Shown here one piece after another: positions 18,602 through 28,784 of a stretch of DNA of 64,000 bases. Position numbers and translations under genes: made by a program. Below the pieces are notes generated by a model. That model was not told the DNA's origin. It saw only the letters and a list, made by a program, of their open reading frames with translations, and ran no database searches. Positions within the stretch are counted from its first letter, which is position 1. The number at the start of each line of letters is the position of its first letter. This stretch comes from a virus: positions 1-64,000 of the IMG/VR virus record IMGVR_UViG_3300021512_000003, one strand, 5' to 3'.

Positions 18602-19561
18602 GTGAAACATCTTAAAGTACTCTCTACACTCTTCTTCTGTTGTGTGCTGTTCTCTAAAACTGTGTCAGCTGGGTGGCAACCTATAGCCTCCCCAGGAAGC
18701 ATCACAAACATTGAACAGCAAGCTTATACACAGTTCAATGCACCAAAAGACTCGTGGAGTTTTTCAGCACGATGGATGGGGGCCAATATAATTGGCGCTC
18801 CCACAACATTCAACCCACCAACATCACTACAGATACCAAAGCCTGCTTACTGGCAGCTTGGTAGTAACTACAGTAACACCAACCAGACTGTTATTCAAGG
18901 TAAAGGTATCACTGGTGGTGCTTACATTAATGCAAATGACTCACCACACTCTCAATACAATAAACATATAGCATGGAGTATTAAATACTCTAACCCTGTT
19001 CCGCTGTGGCAAGAGCAAGGCGAAGAGCTAATGCTACAGGCTGAGGTTGCTGTCCCTACGTTCATTGCCTACAACATGATAGAGCATTGTCAGTGTGCTG
19101 GTGATGGTATAGATGTTCCTGTTGGGCAAGTCTATTTCGCGCTGAACTTGGATGACGGACAGGGTGAAGATGTACAGGTCACTGTTGTCTTGTTTGATAG
19201 TAGGCCAGGGTACTTGTATGAAGTAGCCCATACAGATAAGTTTGGTAGACCCTTTGCTATGACGTACATCGGAGGCATTAAGTACTCTACTGTCAAGGCA
19301 ACAGGTGGCTATAGCTCGAATACACTCTGGCAAGACAGAATCCCATTCCGTATTCATATCACTCAGGATGACATGCTGCAGATAATCAGGGACATAAACA
19401 TCAAACGAGGAGAGATAGGTGCATACCTCTTAACTGAAGATGTTAGTGCATACAGTCTTAGAACTTTCGGATTGTTGGTTGAGGTTAGTTACTCTGAAGG
19501 TGACAACGTAGAGCTAGGTGCTAGCTGGTACAACGTAAGCGCCTATAAATGGCTTCCATAG
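18602..19561 (+). CDS. Signal-peptide-bearing hypothetical protein
   Basis: MKHLKVLSTLFFCCVLFSKTVSA-G Sec-type leader. Confidence 0.65.
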   Translation: MKHLKVLSTLFFCCVLFSKTVSAGWQPIASPGSITNIEQQAYTQFNAPKDSWSFSARWMGANIIGAPTTFNPPTSLQIPKPAYWQLGSNYSNTNQTVIQGKGITGGAYINANDSPHSQYNKHIAWSIKYSNPVPLWQEQGEELMLQAEVAVPTFIAYNMIEHCQCAGDGIDVPVGQVYFALNLDDGQGEDVQVTVVLFDSRPGYLYEVAHTDKFGRPFAMTYIGGIKYSTVKATGGYSSNTLWQDRIPFRIHITQDDMLQIIRDINIKRGEIGAYLLTEDVSAYSLRTFGLLVEVSYSEGDNVELGASWYNVSAYKWLP

Positions 19562-19590
19562 CATACAAGGAAAACAACTGGGGAAAGGGC

Positions 19591-20049
19591 ATGACAGAAA
19601 ATGAGGTTCTTAGGAAGTGTTATGACTTCCTAGAGAAGCACTTTGCTTCAACGAAGAATATAAAAGAGAATGTTGACGTTATCAAAAGTAAAGATTCAGC
19701 CCAAAGACGCGCACTCTTTGTTGTTCTCTCTCCTGACGAAGTAGACGCTCACGGAGATGTTTATTCAGAGGCTGAAGTTGAGAAGGGATGTATCTCCTAC
19801 AACACACACTGCATGAAAGCTAGTATGTTTCATCAGGTAGATGTCTCTAAAGAGAAGGCTCTAGTTGAGCAATCTTTTGTAAACCCTACAGACTTTGCTG
19901 TAGATGACGGAAGGACAATTAAGAAAGGTGCATGGCTTCAGTGGTGGCACTTCCCAGACGAGGACATGTGGGCTCAAGTAGAGAAGGGTGTCTTCACTGG
20001 CGTCTCTGTTGAGTGTGTTGCAAGAGTAGAGGATCTATCTAATGAGTGA
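19591..20049 (+). CDS. Prohead protease (XkdF-like)
   Basis: PDEVDAHGD...KKGAW...VEKGVFTGVSVE. Confidence 0.8.
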   Translation: MTENEVLRKCYDFLEKHFASTKNIKENVDVIKSKDSAQRRALFVVLSPDEVDAHGDVYSEAEVEKGCISYNTHCMKASMFHQVDVSKEKALVEQSFVNPTDFAVDDGRTIKKGAWLQWWHFPDEDMWAQVEKGVFTGVSVECVARVEDLSNE

Positions 20050-20989
20050 TGGAGTAAAGGCTAAGCGTAGGCTTAGTAGGTTTAACTTTGAAGCAAGTGG
20101 CTCTAGGGTGAGTCTTGTAGGGCCAGATGTAGGAGGCCCAGCAAATGAGTATGAGGTCTTAGTTACTAAAGCAACTAAAGACATCTCAAAACTAGACTAC
20201 ATGGATAAAATAATTAAAGCAGCAGACGTTCAAGTGACTCTGAGCATGGAAGACTTCCTAAGCAAGTTCTTCGATATGTGGAGTAGAGATGCAGCCGCAC
20301 TAGCTAGCTTACTGGGTTATGAAGTGCAGGATGAAGAACTCTACTCTTGTTGTGAGTCCATGCAAGAAGTAATTGACAACAGGTTAGAAGGTGTTGAGTT
20401 ATTGAAGTCACTACATAAAGGTGATGACTTTTTTAATCTTAACTTAGATGATCAAAAAAGAATTCTAAAAGCTCAAGCAGCTTTTGAAAAAGGTTTATCT
20501 TCTGAAGTATCTTCAGAGGGTGAAGCAAGTAAGACCATAAAGAAAAACTCTGAAGATTCCACAGGAGACACAATGTCAGAAGAAACGAAAGAAACCTTGG
20601 AAGAGGTGTTGAAATCTGTAGCTGATTTAAAAGAAGCTCTTGAAGCAGAAACAGCTGTTCGTAAGTCACTAGAGCAGAAAGAAGATAAGCGTGTAGAGAT
20701 GGCCTTTATTGAGAAAGCCAAAGGCTACAGCTTTATTGAAGATTCAGAAGCAGAGGTTTTTGGAAAGATTCTAAAATCACTGTCTGAAGAAGATTCTTTG
20801 AAAGTGCTAACTATTATTGAGAAAGCACATAAGGCTGTTGAAGACAGTAACTCTGAAATGTTCGTACAGAAGAGTATGGGTGGAGAAGCTAAAGTAGACT
20901 TAGTAGCTATTGAAAAGTCTAAAGTAAATGTTCGGAAGGCTTTGGCTAAACTGGGCGTAAACGTAGACACACAAGAAGAAGGAGAATAA
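20042..20989 (+). CDS. Scaffold protein
   Basis: Acidic coiled coil between protease and capsid genes; repeated KS/KA sites. Confidence 0.7.
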   Translation: MSDGVKAKRRLSRFNFEASGSRVSLVGPDVGGPANEYEVLVTKATKDISKLDYMDKIIKAADVQVTLSMEDFLSKFFDMWSRDAAALASLLGYEVQDEELYSCCESMQEVIDNRLEGVELLKSLHKGDDFFNLNLDDQKRILKAQAAFEKGLSSEVSSEGEASKTIKKNSEDSTGDTMSEETKETLEEVLKSVADLKEALEAETAVRKSLEQKEDKRVEMAFIEKAKGYSFIEDSEAEVFGKILKSLSEEDSLKVLTIIEKAHKAVEDSNSEMFVQKSMGGEAKVDLVAIEKSKVNVRKALAKLGVNVDTQEEGE

Positions 20990-20992
20990 TAG

Positions 20993-21415
20993 ATGCCTGT
21001 TACTTCAAATGAACCTAAACGCCTTTCCGACCTAGTTAAGAAAGAGTTTTGGATTCCACAAGGCTGGTGCCGAAAAGAGGTCACTGTAAACCAAGCAGTC
21101 CAGACTACTTATGTCATGGGAACCACTCTAGGCAAGATCACAGCAAGTGGTAAGTATATCATAGCAAAGGAAACTGCTTCTGATGGCTCCAAGGTTGTGG
21201 ATGCTATTTTTATTGGTGGAGATGGTGCAACCATCGGAGAAGATCTGGTGATTGCCGCTGCCACTGACACCACTGTTCTTGTCTTGATTCGTGGCCCACT
21301 TATTGTTGGTGATGACGTACTGTTGTTTGATGCCACCTACAACAATGCCGCTAAGCTAGGTGTTGCTTATGCAAGCCTAGAAGCAAAAGACATCAGCATT
21401 GAAACACAATTTTAA
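20993..21415 (+). CDS. Head decoration protein
   Basis: GTTLGKITASGKY...DGS motif; precedes major capsid gene. Confidence 0.8.
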   Translation: MPVTSNEPKRLSDLVKKEFWIPQGWCRKEVTVNQAVQTTYVMGTTLGKITASGKYIIAKETASDGSKVVDAIFIGGDGATIGEDLVIAAATDTTVLVLIRGPLIVGDDVLLFDATYNNAAKLGVAYASLEAKDISIETQF

Positions 21416-21431
21416 AGGAGTTTATTAAGAA

Positions 21432-22463
21432 ATGCCTAATGCAAGATCTAATGGTAACGCCTTCGTTCTTAACGACTACACTGATGAGCTTCTGCTTATT
21501 CCAAACCAGTGGGGTCTGATTAACGAACTAGGTTTGTTTGAAGGACGGGGTGTTTCTAAACACACTGTTGAGTTTGATGAGACTTCTGGTTCTCTGGTAC
21601 TTATTGAAGATAAGCCTCGTGGAGAGCGTTCTCAGTACAACAAAGAAGATTACAGCAAGCTGCACTCTGTACCTGTACCTCACTTCCCTTTTGATGATGC
21701 TATCACCCCTGCTGACGTACAAGGTCGCAGACGTAAGGGCTCTGTCAATGAAGATGAGATGCAAGATGAGGTACGTGCTCGCAAGATGATGCGTATGCGT
21801 AAGAGTTGGGCTGCTACTATGGAGTATGCACGAGCACAAGCCCTACAAGGCATCGTGTACGCCCCTAACAGCACTGTATCCCTTAACTGGTACACTGAGA
21901 TGGGTCAGTCTCAGACTACTGTTGACTTTGTTTTAGATACAGCTGGAACTGATTTAGTTGACAAGAATGAGAGTGTTATTGCAGCTGTGCAAGACAACAT
22001 TCAGTCTGGTGAAGTTATTACTGACATTGTTGGTCTTTGTTCCCCTGAGTTCTTCTCCTCTTATGTTGGTCACGCCTCTGTAGCTGAAGCTTATAAATAT
22101 TACAGCTCAAACACAGAGCCACAACGTAACCGTCTTGGTAGTGGTAGGTTCCGTCAGTTTGAACATGCTGGCTTACGTCTTATTGAGTATCGTGGCAGCT
22201 TCCTTGATTCTGCTGGGTCTACTCAGAAGAGTATACCAGCCAACGAAGCATACTTTGTACCTATGGGTACTTCTGACATGTTCCTCACCTACTACAGTCC
22301 TGCTCACAAATTCCAATTTGTTAACACGTTGGGTGAAGAGCAGTATATGTTTGAGTATGAGAACGGTACGGACACTGAGATTACTATTGAAACAGAGTCT
22401 AACTTCTTGAATGCTGTTAAGCGTCCACAAGCAGTTATTAAAGCACTGCGAGATGCACCATAG
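21432..22463 (+). CDS. Major capsid protein (phage capsid E family)
   Basis: 343 aa; PNQWGLI, VPHFP, TMEY, IETESN...RPQA. Confidence 0.9.
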   Translation: MPNARSNGNAFVLNDYTDELLLIPNQWGLINELGLFEGRGVSKHTVEFDETSGSLVLIEDKPRGERSQYNKEDYSKLHSVPVPHFPFDDAITPADVQGRRRKGSVNEDEMQDEVRARKMMRMRKSWAATMEYARAQALQGIVYAPNSTVSLNWYTEMGQSQTTVDFVLDTAGTDLVDKNESVIAAVQDNIQSGEVITDIVGLCSPEFFSSYVGHASVAEAYKYYSSNTEPQRNRLGSGRFRQFEHAGLRLIEYRGSFLDSAGSTQKSIPANEAYFVPMGTSDMFLTYYSPAHKFQFVNTLGEEQYMFEYENGTDTEITIETESNFLNAVKRPQAVIKALRDAP

Positions 22464-22470
22464 GTAGTAC

Positions 22471-22500
22471 TGAAGGGGCCGTAACAAGCCCCTTCATTCC
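22471..22500 (+). terminator. Hairpin after major capsid gene
   Basis: TGAAGGGGC-N8-GCCCCTTCA; weak U tail. Confidence 0.55.
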
Positions 22501-22519
22501 CTGATCATAGGAGGTAGTA

Positions 22520-22858
22520 GTGGCGAGTTTTAGACTAGCAACAGAGGAAGCCCTTCTTAACGTACAAGGTGATGGAAATATATCTATACCTTTAGACAAC
22601 CAAGCAACTCACTTTCAAGTTACAATTGAACGTGTTGCTTCTGCTACAGGGACGCTAACATTCTCTGTTAAAGGACACCCTGATGCGTCCTATGAGAACT
22701 TGGTGGATGCAGCTACAGACACACAAAAAACAATACTTCTTACCAATGGTACAACTACATTTCCTATTGACAAGTTCTTCTTGAGCTTCTTGAGGGTAGA
22801 GCCTGCAACTGTTGTTGGCCAATATAGTGTATTCGTCCAACAGAGTTACAACACGTGA
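22520..22858 (+). CDS. Hypothetical virion protein
   Basis: AGGAGG RBS. Confidence 0.65.
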   Translation: MASFRLATEEALLNVQGDGNISIPLDNQATHFQVTIERVASATGTLTFSVKGHPDASYENLVDAATDTQKTILLTNGTTTFPIDKFFLSFLRVEPATVVGQYSVFVQQSYNT

Positions 22859-24069
22859 GTATTGTAACAGGTAATGCAATTACAACAGGGATAGCGGGGG
22901 GAGGCGGCGCCCATACACCCACACCTGCAAACGTAGTCATTGTTAATGCTGCTAGTGACCTTCCGGCAGCCACAGCTGGAGAGAGACAGCTTGTAGCAAA
23001 CACGGTATACGTCTTTGGCGCAAGTGTAGCCCTGACGGATAAACTAATAATTGCAGACGGAGTTTCAATAACAGGCCAAAACCCATTTGGCCCTGTACTC
23101 TCAACAACAGCCTCAAGTCTTTTTATTGGCGGTGACGCTAACTTTAACCTGTCTGAGATAAATCTTGATGTACCCTCTGGTGAAGTTTTTACAATAACTG
23201 ATACAGTTCCAGGGACATCCTTTGTAAACATAAGCACAGTGCAGACAATAAGTTGTCTAAGTTACGGCACGTTTACAGACATAAGTACACTCATAATAAA
23301 CAACTCAAACTCCCTAGATGGATACACAGGTGTAACTGTTAGTGGGTCTTCTTATACAACCATATCTCTAGTTAAGTTTGTGATGGTCTCTTCTTCAGCT
23401 TCGTTCATAGGTGTTGATTTTGGGACAGCAGTCAGTGCTAATATAGAGCTTGATAACTTAGTTACCTCCTCTCCAGCAGGAGGTATTGGTGTAAAGGTTG
23501 CAGCAGCTTCTGCAAATCTACCAGCAGGTGCTATTGGTACAATTACTAACTCAACACTGAACTTGGGTGGCATGACAGTCCCTGTCTCTGGCTACACAGC
23601 TTCTGACGTAAGATGGGCTTTCAGGGATAATAGTGGTGTCTCTAATACAGTACCAGATGCCATGTTGAGCTTAAATAGTAATGCCACAGAGACAGTTATT
23701 TCAGTAGTAAATACCCCTGTAAAGGTGGCTGGGACTTGGGTTGTAGAGCGGGTAGCTCTTTTCTCAGGAGATACGTCAGGGAGGGTAACATCCCTCTCAG
23801 AGAGAGGTGTAACTTCACCTATTGACATTACTGCAACAATATCCGCAGCAAGTGGTTCAAATAAAGACATAACGATATACCTCGCCCTAAACGGCAGCAT
23901 CATTTCCAACTCAGGGGAGACTAATAAAGTTTCAGCAGGTGATCCTAAAAACACCACAGTCTTTTGGCAAGCGGTGTTGCAGGAAAATGATTATCTTGAG
24001 GTGTGGGTAGAGAATAACACAGATACACAAAACCTAGTTGCCGAATCAGCAATTCTTCGTGTGAGGTGA
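22855..24069 (+). CDS. Virion fibre/beta-helix-like protein
   Basis: 404 aa Ser/Thr/Val-rich; C-terminal LQENDYLEVWVEN (C1q/TNF-like). Confidence 0.6.
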   Translation: MSIVTGNAITTGIAGGGGAHTPTPANVVIVNAASDLPAATAGERQLVANTVYVFGASVALTDKLIIADGVSITGQNPFGPVLSTTASSLFIGGDANFNLSEINLDVPSGEVFTITDTVPGTSFVNISTVQTISCLSYGTFTDISTLIINNSNSLDGYTGVTVSGSSYTTISLVKFVMVSSSASFIGVDFGTAVSANIELDNLVTSSPAGGIGVKVAAASANLPAGAIGTITNSTLNLGGMTVPVSGYTASDVRWAFRDNSGVSNTVPDAMLSLNSNATETVISVVNTPVKVAGTWVVERVALFSGDTSGRVTSLSERGVTSPIDITATISAASGSNKDITIYLALNGSIISNSGETNKVSAGDPKNTTVFWQAVLQENDYLEVWVENNTDTQNLVAESAILRVR

Positions 24070-24070
24070 T

Positions 24071-24517
24071 ATGACAGTAACAATTGATCCTGCAGATGAC
24101 CCTATTGCTCAGGTTAGGCTAACTATAGGTGATGCAGAAACAACGTATATTCTGGATGATGTGGTCATCCAATACATCCTAGACAAACATAGTAATGATA
24201 TAACAGCATCTTCTTTAGAGGCTCTTCGTTATATTGTCTCTACGTTAGGCAAGAAGGTAGACGAAGAGGTGGGGGATGTTAAGGTTAAGTGGAGTCAACT
24301 AAGGGCACACTATAAGCAACTCCTTAGTGACCTACTAAGAGACCCATCTATCACACTAACCCCTGTCCTTCATTTCTTTGGAGGTACAAGCAAAACTGAG
24401 ATAAACAGGGTTAGGAATAATTCAGACTCTAACCTACCTCCACTACAAGAAGGGGAGTTTACCACTGTGCCAAAGTCATCTACAAGAGATGATGACAATG
24501 GCTTTCTCTTAAACTAA
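24071..24517 (+). CDS. Head-tail adaptor
   Basis: VRLTIGD motif; position. Confidence 0.65.
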   Translation: MTVTIDPADDPIAQVRLTIGDAETTYILDDVVIQYILDKHSNDITASSLEALRYIVSTLGKKVDEEVGDVKVKWSQLRAHYKQLLSDLLRDPSITLTPVLHFFGGTSKTEINRVRNNSDSNLPPLQEGEFTTVPKSSTRDDDNGFLLN

Positions 24518-24638
24518 GAGGTGTACATGGGAAGAATTATTACTGAAGAAGAGCTTAAGGCTATTGCAGAAGCAGATGAAGAAGCTCTATCTGCAAAACC
24601 TACTCTCAAAAGAAAGAGTACAAAGAGGAGCACCAGTG

Positions 24639-25160
24639 ATGCCACAGTTGACAGCGAAGTTGGTGAAGAAGGGAAGGGGTCTTGAGAACCTATTAAAACA
24701 ACTTAAAGATTTAGAGAAAGAGTCTGTAGAGATAGGGCACTTCCAAGAGCAAGGCCAGCACACTGGTTCTAAGATGAGTTATCCGGGCATAATGAGACTA
24801 CACCACACAGGTGCAACCATTAAGACAACAGGTGTAGTTATACCTCCTAGACCAATCCTCTCCATACTAGAATTTAGACTTCAAGGTAGTGGCCCACAGC
24901 TCAAGCAGGCTGTGAAGGACTGGGCTAAGAAAAGTCTCTCTAGGGAGAGTAGTCTGAATCTCCTAGAAGACATAGGGAAGTCTGTTGTTGTGATGGAGAA
25001 AGACATCTTTGGAGACCCATCCTTACTAACACCAAACAGTGAAAACACAAGAAAGCGTGTTGGTGTAGATGGCCCTGATGCCCCTCTTGTTGATACAGGT
25101 AGTTTGAGAGATAAGGTGGCTTACAGGACAACAATAGATAATACGGTTAAAGGAGGATAG
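24639..25160 (+). CDS. Neck/tail-completion protein
   Basis: IPPRP...PLVDTGSL motif; start placed at MPQL. Confidence 0.7.
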   Translation: MPQLTAKLVKKGRGLENLLKQLKDLEKESVEIGHFQEQGQHTGSKMSYPGIMRLHHTGATIKTTGVVIPPRPILSILEFRLQGSGPQLKQAVKDWAKKSLSRESSLNLLEDIGKSVVVMEKDIFGDPSLLTPNSENTRKRVGVDGPDAPLVDTGSLRDKVAYRTTIDNTVKGG

Positions 25161-25163
25161 GGA

Positions 25164-25541
25164 TTGATAACACTATTAAAGACTTCTACCCTCTCCTTTA
25201 CACAACAAGCCTCTGCTGGCTATTATGTCGGTGGAGAGTGGGTAGATCCTCCTAACAGCCCTGCAATATCCGTTGAGGGGAGTCTACAGCCCTATAAGTC
25301 AAAAGGCTCTCTAAGGCAGAGTATTCTTCCAGAAGGGAAGAGTTCTGGTGATGCAAGGATCTTCTACACAAGTGCAGTCCTAAAAACTGCAACACAGTTT
25401 GGAGATACAGAGGCTGACGAGACAACAATAGATGGCAACAGGTATTACGTCTGGTTAGAGCAAGACTGGTCTCTCTACGGATTAACCTCAGATCATCATA
25501 CATACGTCTTAATTAGAGAAGACCAGCAGGCAACCTTATGA
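25164..25541 (+). CDS. Head closure protein
   Basis: GYYVGGEW...SLQP...LPEG motif. Confidence 0.65.
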   Translation: MITLLKTSTLSFTQQASAGYYVGGEWVDPPNSPAISVEGSLQPYKSKGSLRQSILPEGKSSGDARIFYTSAVLKTATQFGDTEADETTIDGNRYYVWLEQDWSLYGLTSDHHTYVLIREDQQATL

Positions 25542-26113
25542 TAGACGAACCAGCAATATATGCTAAGTTTGTCTCTGTTGCTCAAGTAGCAGTAGGTGCT
25601 CTCTTATCACAGACTGGGCCTACAGGTAGTCCAGAAGCCGCTGTCATCAGGTTAAGAACAAACGGTGTAAAGCCAGCCTACCCCTATATAACTGTAGGTA
25701 TCCTTGACACAAGAGATGAAAGTGGTTGGCTAACTGGTGAGTATGTAGACACAAACACAGATAACCCAGTGTATGAAACAAACAAACAACTCCTGATTAA
25801 CTTCAGATGTTATGGTGGTGATGCTCTTAGTATTATAAATGAGTTACACGGTAATCTAAGACTCCCCTCTGTAAGAGACAGCGTAAGATCCACACTAGGT
25901 GGTAGCGTAGTCTCTTTAACTGATCCAGATAATTTGCCAGTGTTACTTGCTGACAAGTATCTTGAGTCTGCTTCTTTTAATCTGGTGTTCAATATAACAG
26001 ATTCACTGACAGACAGCAACACAGGCATTATTGATAATGTGCATCTTAATGGTGAACTACACAGGTTTGATGATGACCCTGCTCCCCTCGATATGACTAT
26101 TATCGAACCTTAA
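25538..26113 (+). CDS. Tail terminator / neck protein
   Basis: KPAYPYI motif; precedes sheath. Confidence 0.65.
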   Translation: MIDEPAIYAKFVSVAQVAVGALLSQTGPTGSPEAAVIRLRTNGVKPAYPYITVGILDTRDESGWLTGEYVDTNTDNPVYETNKQLLINFRCYGGDALSIINELHGNLRLPSVRDSVRSTLGGSVVSLTDPDNLPVLLADKYLESASFNLVFNITDSLTDSNTGIIDNVHLNGELHRFDDDPAPLDMTIIEP

Positions 26114-26146
26114 TAAAAAATAAATTAAACCTTTCAAGGAGATTAT

Positions 26147-27502
26147 ATGGCTCTTGAAGATATTGTACAGGTATCTATAAGCCTAGAGACAAGTGCTGTG
26201 AGCAGGGCTGGATTTGGGATTCCCATTTTTATCAGTGCGCACAATTGGTTCACAGAACGAGTTAGAACATACACAAACTTAGTAGGACTAGAGGCAGACA
26301 TCCCTGCTGGCTCTGAAGAGCATACAGCAGCTAGTGCTTTCTTCTCTCAGTCACCAGCTCCTTCTCAGATCAAAGTAGGGCGAAGAGAGGTAGACTTAAT
26401 AACCTTCACACCTTCTGCTGCTACGGCTACAGGGCAAGTTTATACTATCACTGTTGTGGGTACAGATGATGTAGCTGTTGTTGCTACCTTCACAACATCT
26501 ACAGGATCTGAGACAGCCGCAGACATTGTAACAGACCTTAAGGCAGATTTGAGTGGTATCGTTGGTGTCACTGTTGCAGGTACTACAACTCTAACACTTT
26601 CTAAGTCAGGTTCCACTGCATTCAGTGTTAACACTTTGAAGCGTCTTGCAGACGCATACACTGTTACAGAGACTGCTGCTGCAGGACTCTCTGCGATTGA
26701 AGCTGTAGATTCCGACTTCTACTTCATCACAGCACACGACCACACAGAGGCCTACATCCTAAGTATGGCAGCTGCAGTAGAGGCAAAAGAGAAGCTATAC
26801 TTTGTCTCTAGTCAAGATGTGAATGGGTTGGCTACCTTGGCCGTTCCTGCTACAGATACACTGGGCAAACTCACTGATCTTAACTACTTCCGAACAGCAA
26901 GTATGTTCCACCAGACAGCAGACACTACCTTCCCTGAGTGTGCTTTTGTGGGTAAGGGTGGGCCTTATGAACCAGGAACTATCACTTGGGCTAATAAGCA
27001 ATTAGCTGGTGTAGCCTTTGGAATTAACCCAACTTCTCTCAATGTACTCTCAGCAACAGAGCTAAACAACCTTCAAGCAAGGAATGCTAATGTTGTTATT
27101 AGGACAGGCGGCATACCCATTACAAGGGAAGGTCGTGTTGTAGGTGGTGGTAGTGGTCTTGGTGAGTGGATTGATGTTATTCGTAGTAGGGATTTACTTA
27201 TTGCAAGGATCAGAGAGGCATACCAGAACAAACTAATCAACGCTCCTAAAGTGTCTTACACGGATAACGGGATAGCGGAGATGCGAGGGGTTCTAACCAC
27301 CACTCTTAACCGCTACGTATCTACAGAAGCTTCGCCAAACATCCTGAGAGAGAATGATCCCTACACCACTAATTTCCCACGAGCAGCTGATGTATCACTT
27401 GCTGAGAAAAGTGCTAGTAAGCTTACAGGCTCATTCACAGCTATCTTAGCTGGTGCCATCCACGTTGTTGTCGTCACTGGCACACTTGCACTTGTAGATT
27501 AA
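26147..27502 (+). CDS. Tail sheath protein (DUF3383 type)
   Basis: AGFGIP, FFSQSPAP, TWANKQL, EWID, YTDNG, LAGAIH. Confidence 0.9.
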   Translation: MALEDIVQVSISLETSAVSRAGFGIPIFISAHNWFTERVRTYTNLVGLEADIPAGSEEHTAASAFFSQSPAPSQIKVGRREVDLITFTPSAATATGQVYTITVVGTDDVAVVATFTTSTGSETAADIVTDLKADLSGIVGVTVAGTTTLTLSKSGSTAFSVNTLKRLADAYTVTETAAAGLSAIEAVDSDFYFITAHDHTEAYILSMAAAVEAKEKLYFVSSQDVNGLATLAVPATDTLGKLTDLNYFRTASMFHQTADTTFPECAFVGKGGPYEPGTITWANKQLAGVAFGINPTSLNVLSATELNNLQARNANVVIRTGGIPITREGRVVGGGSGLGEWIDVIRSRDLLIARIREAYQNKLINAPKVSYTDNGIAEMRGVLTTTLNRYVSTEASPNILRENDPYTTNFPRAADVSLAEKSASKLTGSFTAILAGAIHVVVVTGTLALVD

Positions 27503-27515
27503 TAGGAGATATTTA

Positions 27516-28016
27516 ATGGCTTTACCAGTTTATTCATCAAAAGACGTTAAGGTGATTTGGTCGGGGGCACCTATTGACGGTCTTGCCCCTGACTCCTTTA
27601 TCACCTTCTCTCGTAACTCAGACATTACGGACGAAGAGGTAGGTGCAGATGGTCAACTAGCCATCTCTCGCCTTCCTGACAAGACAGGCACCTGTACCAT
27701 CTCCTTACAACAGGGAAGCAGGGGTAATTTTATCCTCTCTGGTGTCATGGTAAGTCAAGAGTCAGGTCTAGGCTTCCCTAGAGGGAGTATCACTATCACA
27801 GACCCGTCAGGGAGTGTTCTAGCACTTCTTAAGAACTGTCACTTGAAGACAGCCCCAGAGATTACTCTTGGGAGCAGTGCAACAGGGCAGACACGGGACT
27901 GGGTGTTCTACTGTGAGGAATTGCAATTCACTTCTTCTCCAGAGGGTGTTGATCCATCTATGGTGGATGCGGCTATCATCGCTGCTCACACTGCGACAAT
28001 TATGACTAACATTTAG
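27516..28016 (+). CDS. Tail tube protein
   Basis: YSSKDV...GADG...GTCTISLQQGS; follows sheath. Confidence 0.8.
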   Translation: MALPVYSSKDVKVIWSGAPIDGLAPDSFITFSRNSDITDEEVGADGQLAISRLPDKTGTCTISLQQGSRGNFILSGVMVSQESGLGFPRGSITITDPSGSVLALLKNCHLKTAPEITLGSSATGQTRDWVFYCEELQFTSSPEGVDPSMVDAAIIAAHTATIMTNI

Positions 28017-28070
28017 ATAAAGAAAGACTGGGGGGGTCACTACAGACCCCTTAGTTCTCTGGGAGGGGAA

Positions 28071-28568
28071 ATGGTAGAACAGAGTGAGATACAGAAGATT
28101 GCAGAAGAGGTGTCCTTACAACAAGGTATCCTTGACAAGAAGATTGGAGAGGATGTTTATTCAGTTAAGCTATTACCAGCTACAGTGGGTGCTTCTGTTG
28201 GTTTAAAACTAATCAACTTAGCTCTCCCTATTATAGGTGTAATAGTAGATAAGAGTGGAGAGCAAGAATATGTTCTTCCAGAAGATAAGAGTATGTGGAC
28301 AGAAGCCTCTATTCTCTTGGTCAGACAAATGGATCAAGTGGATGTGGTAGACACAATGAAACTCTTACTAAACCAGTCCACCTGTAACGGTGTTACGATA
28401 GACTTTGATCAGCACTTCGCTGCTAAGTATAGCAGGTTGATCTCTCTTGTAGAGTTTGCTTTGGAGGCCAACTTTAAAGATTTTTTTACAGAGTATCTCA
28501 AGGGAAAAGGCTTAGATTTGAGTTCCTTGAGAGAGAAGATGACGCTGGGCCAAGCACAACAAGGGTAA
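28071..28568 (+). CDS. Tail assembly chaperone (with probable -1 frameshift extension to 28774)
   Basis: Between tube and tape measure; slippery heptamers at 28481 and 28502. Confidence 0.75.
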   Translation: MVEQSEIQKIAEEVSLQQGILDKKIGEDVYSVKLLPATVGASVGLKLINLALPIIGVIVDKSGEQEYVLPEDKSMWTEASILLVRQMDQVDVVDTMKLLLNQSTCNGVTIDFDQHFAAKYSRLISLVEFALEANFKDFFTEYLKGKGLDLSSLREKMTLGQAQQG

Positions 28569-28784
28569 TACAAGAGACTAAAAAGACTATTATTGAAGAG
28601 GTTGAGTGGTTGTTCTTCAACACAGTGGCCTCTAAGCATTGCCCTGTTAAAGACCCAAACACACTTAAATGGCAGTACACACTCCCTGACTTCCTAAGAC
28701 TACAGGAGTATGTAGAGATAATGAATGCTCTTGACACAGCCTCATACAAAGACTTAGACCTTAAGAATAAATAACAGGAGATTT

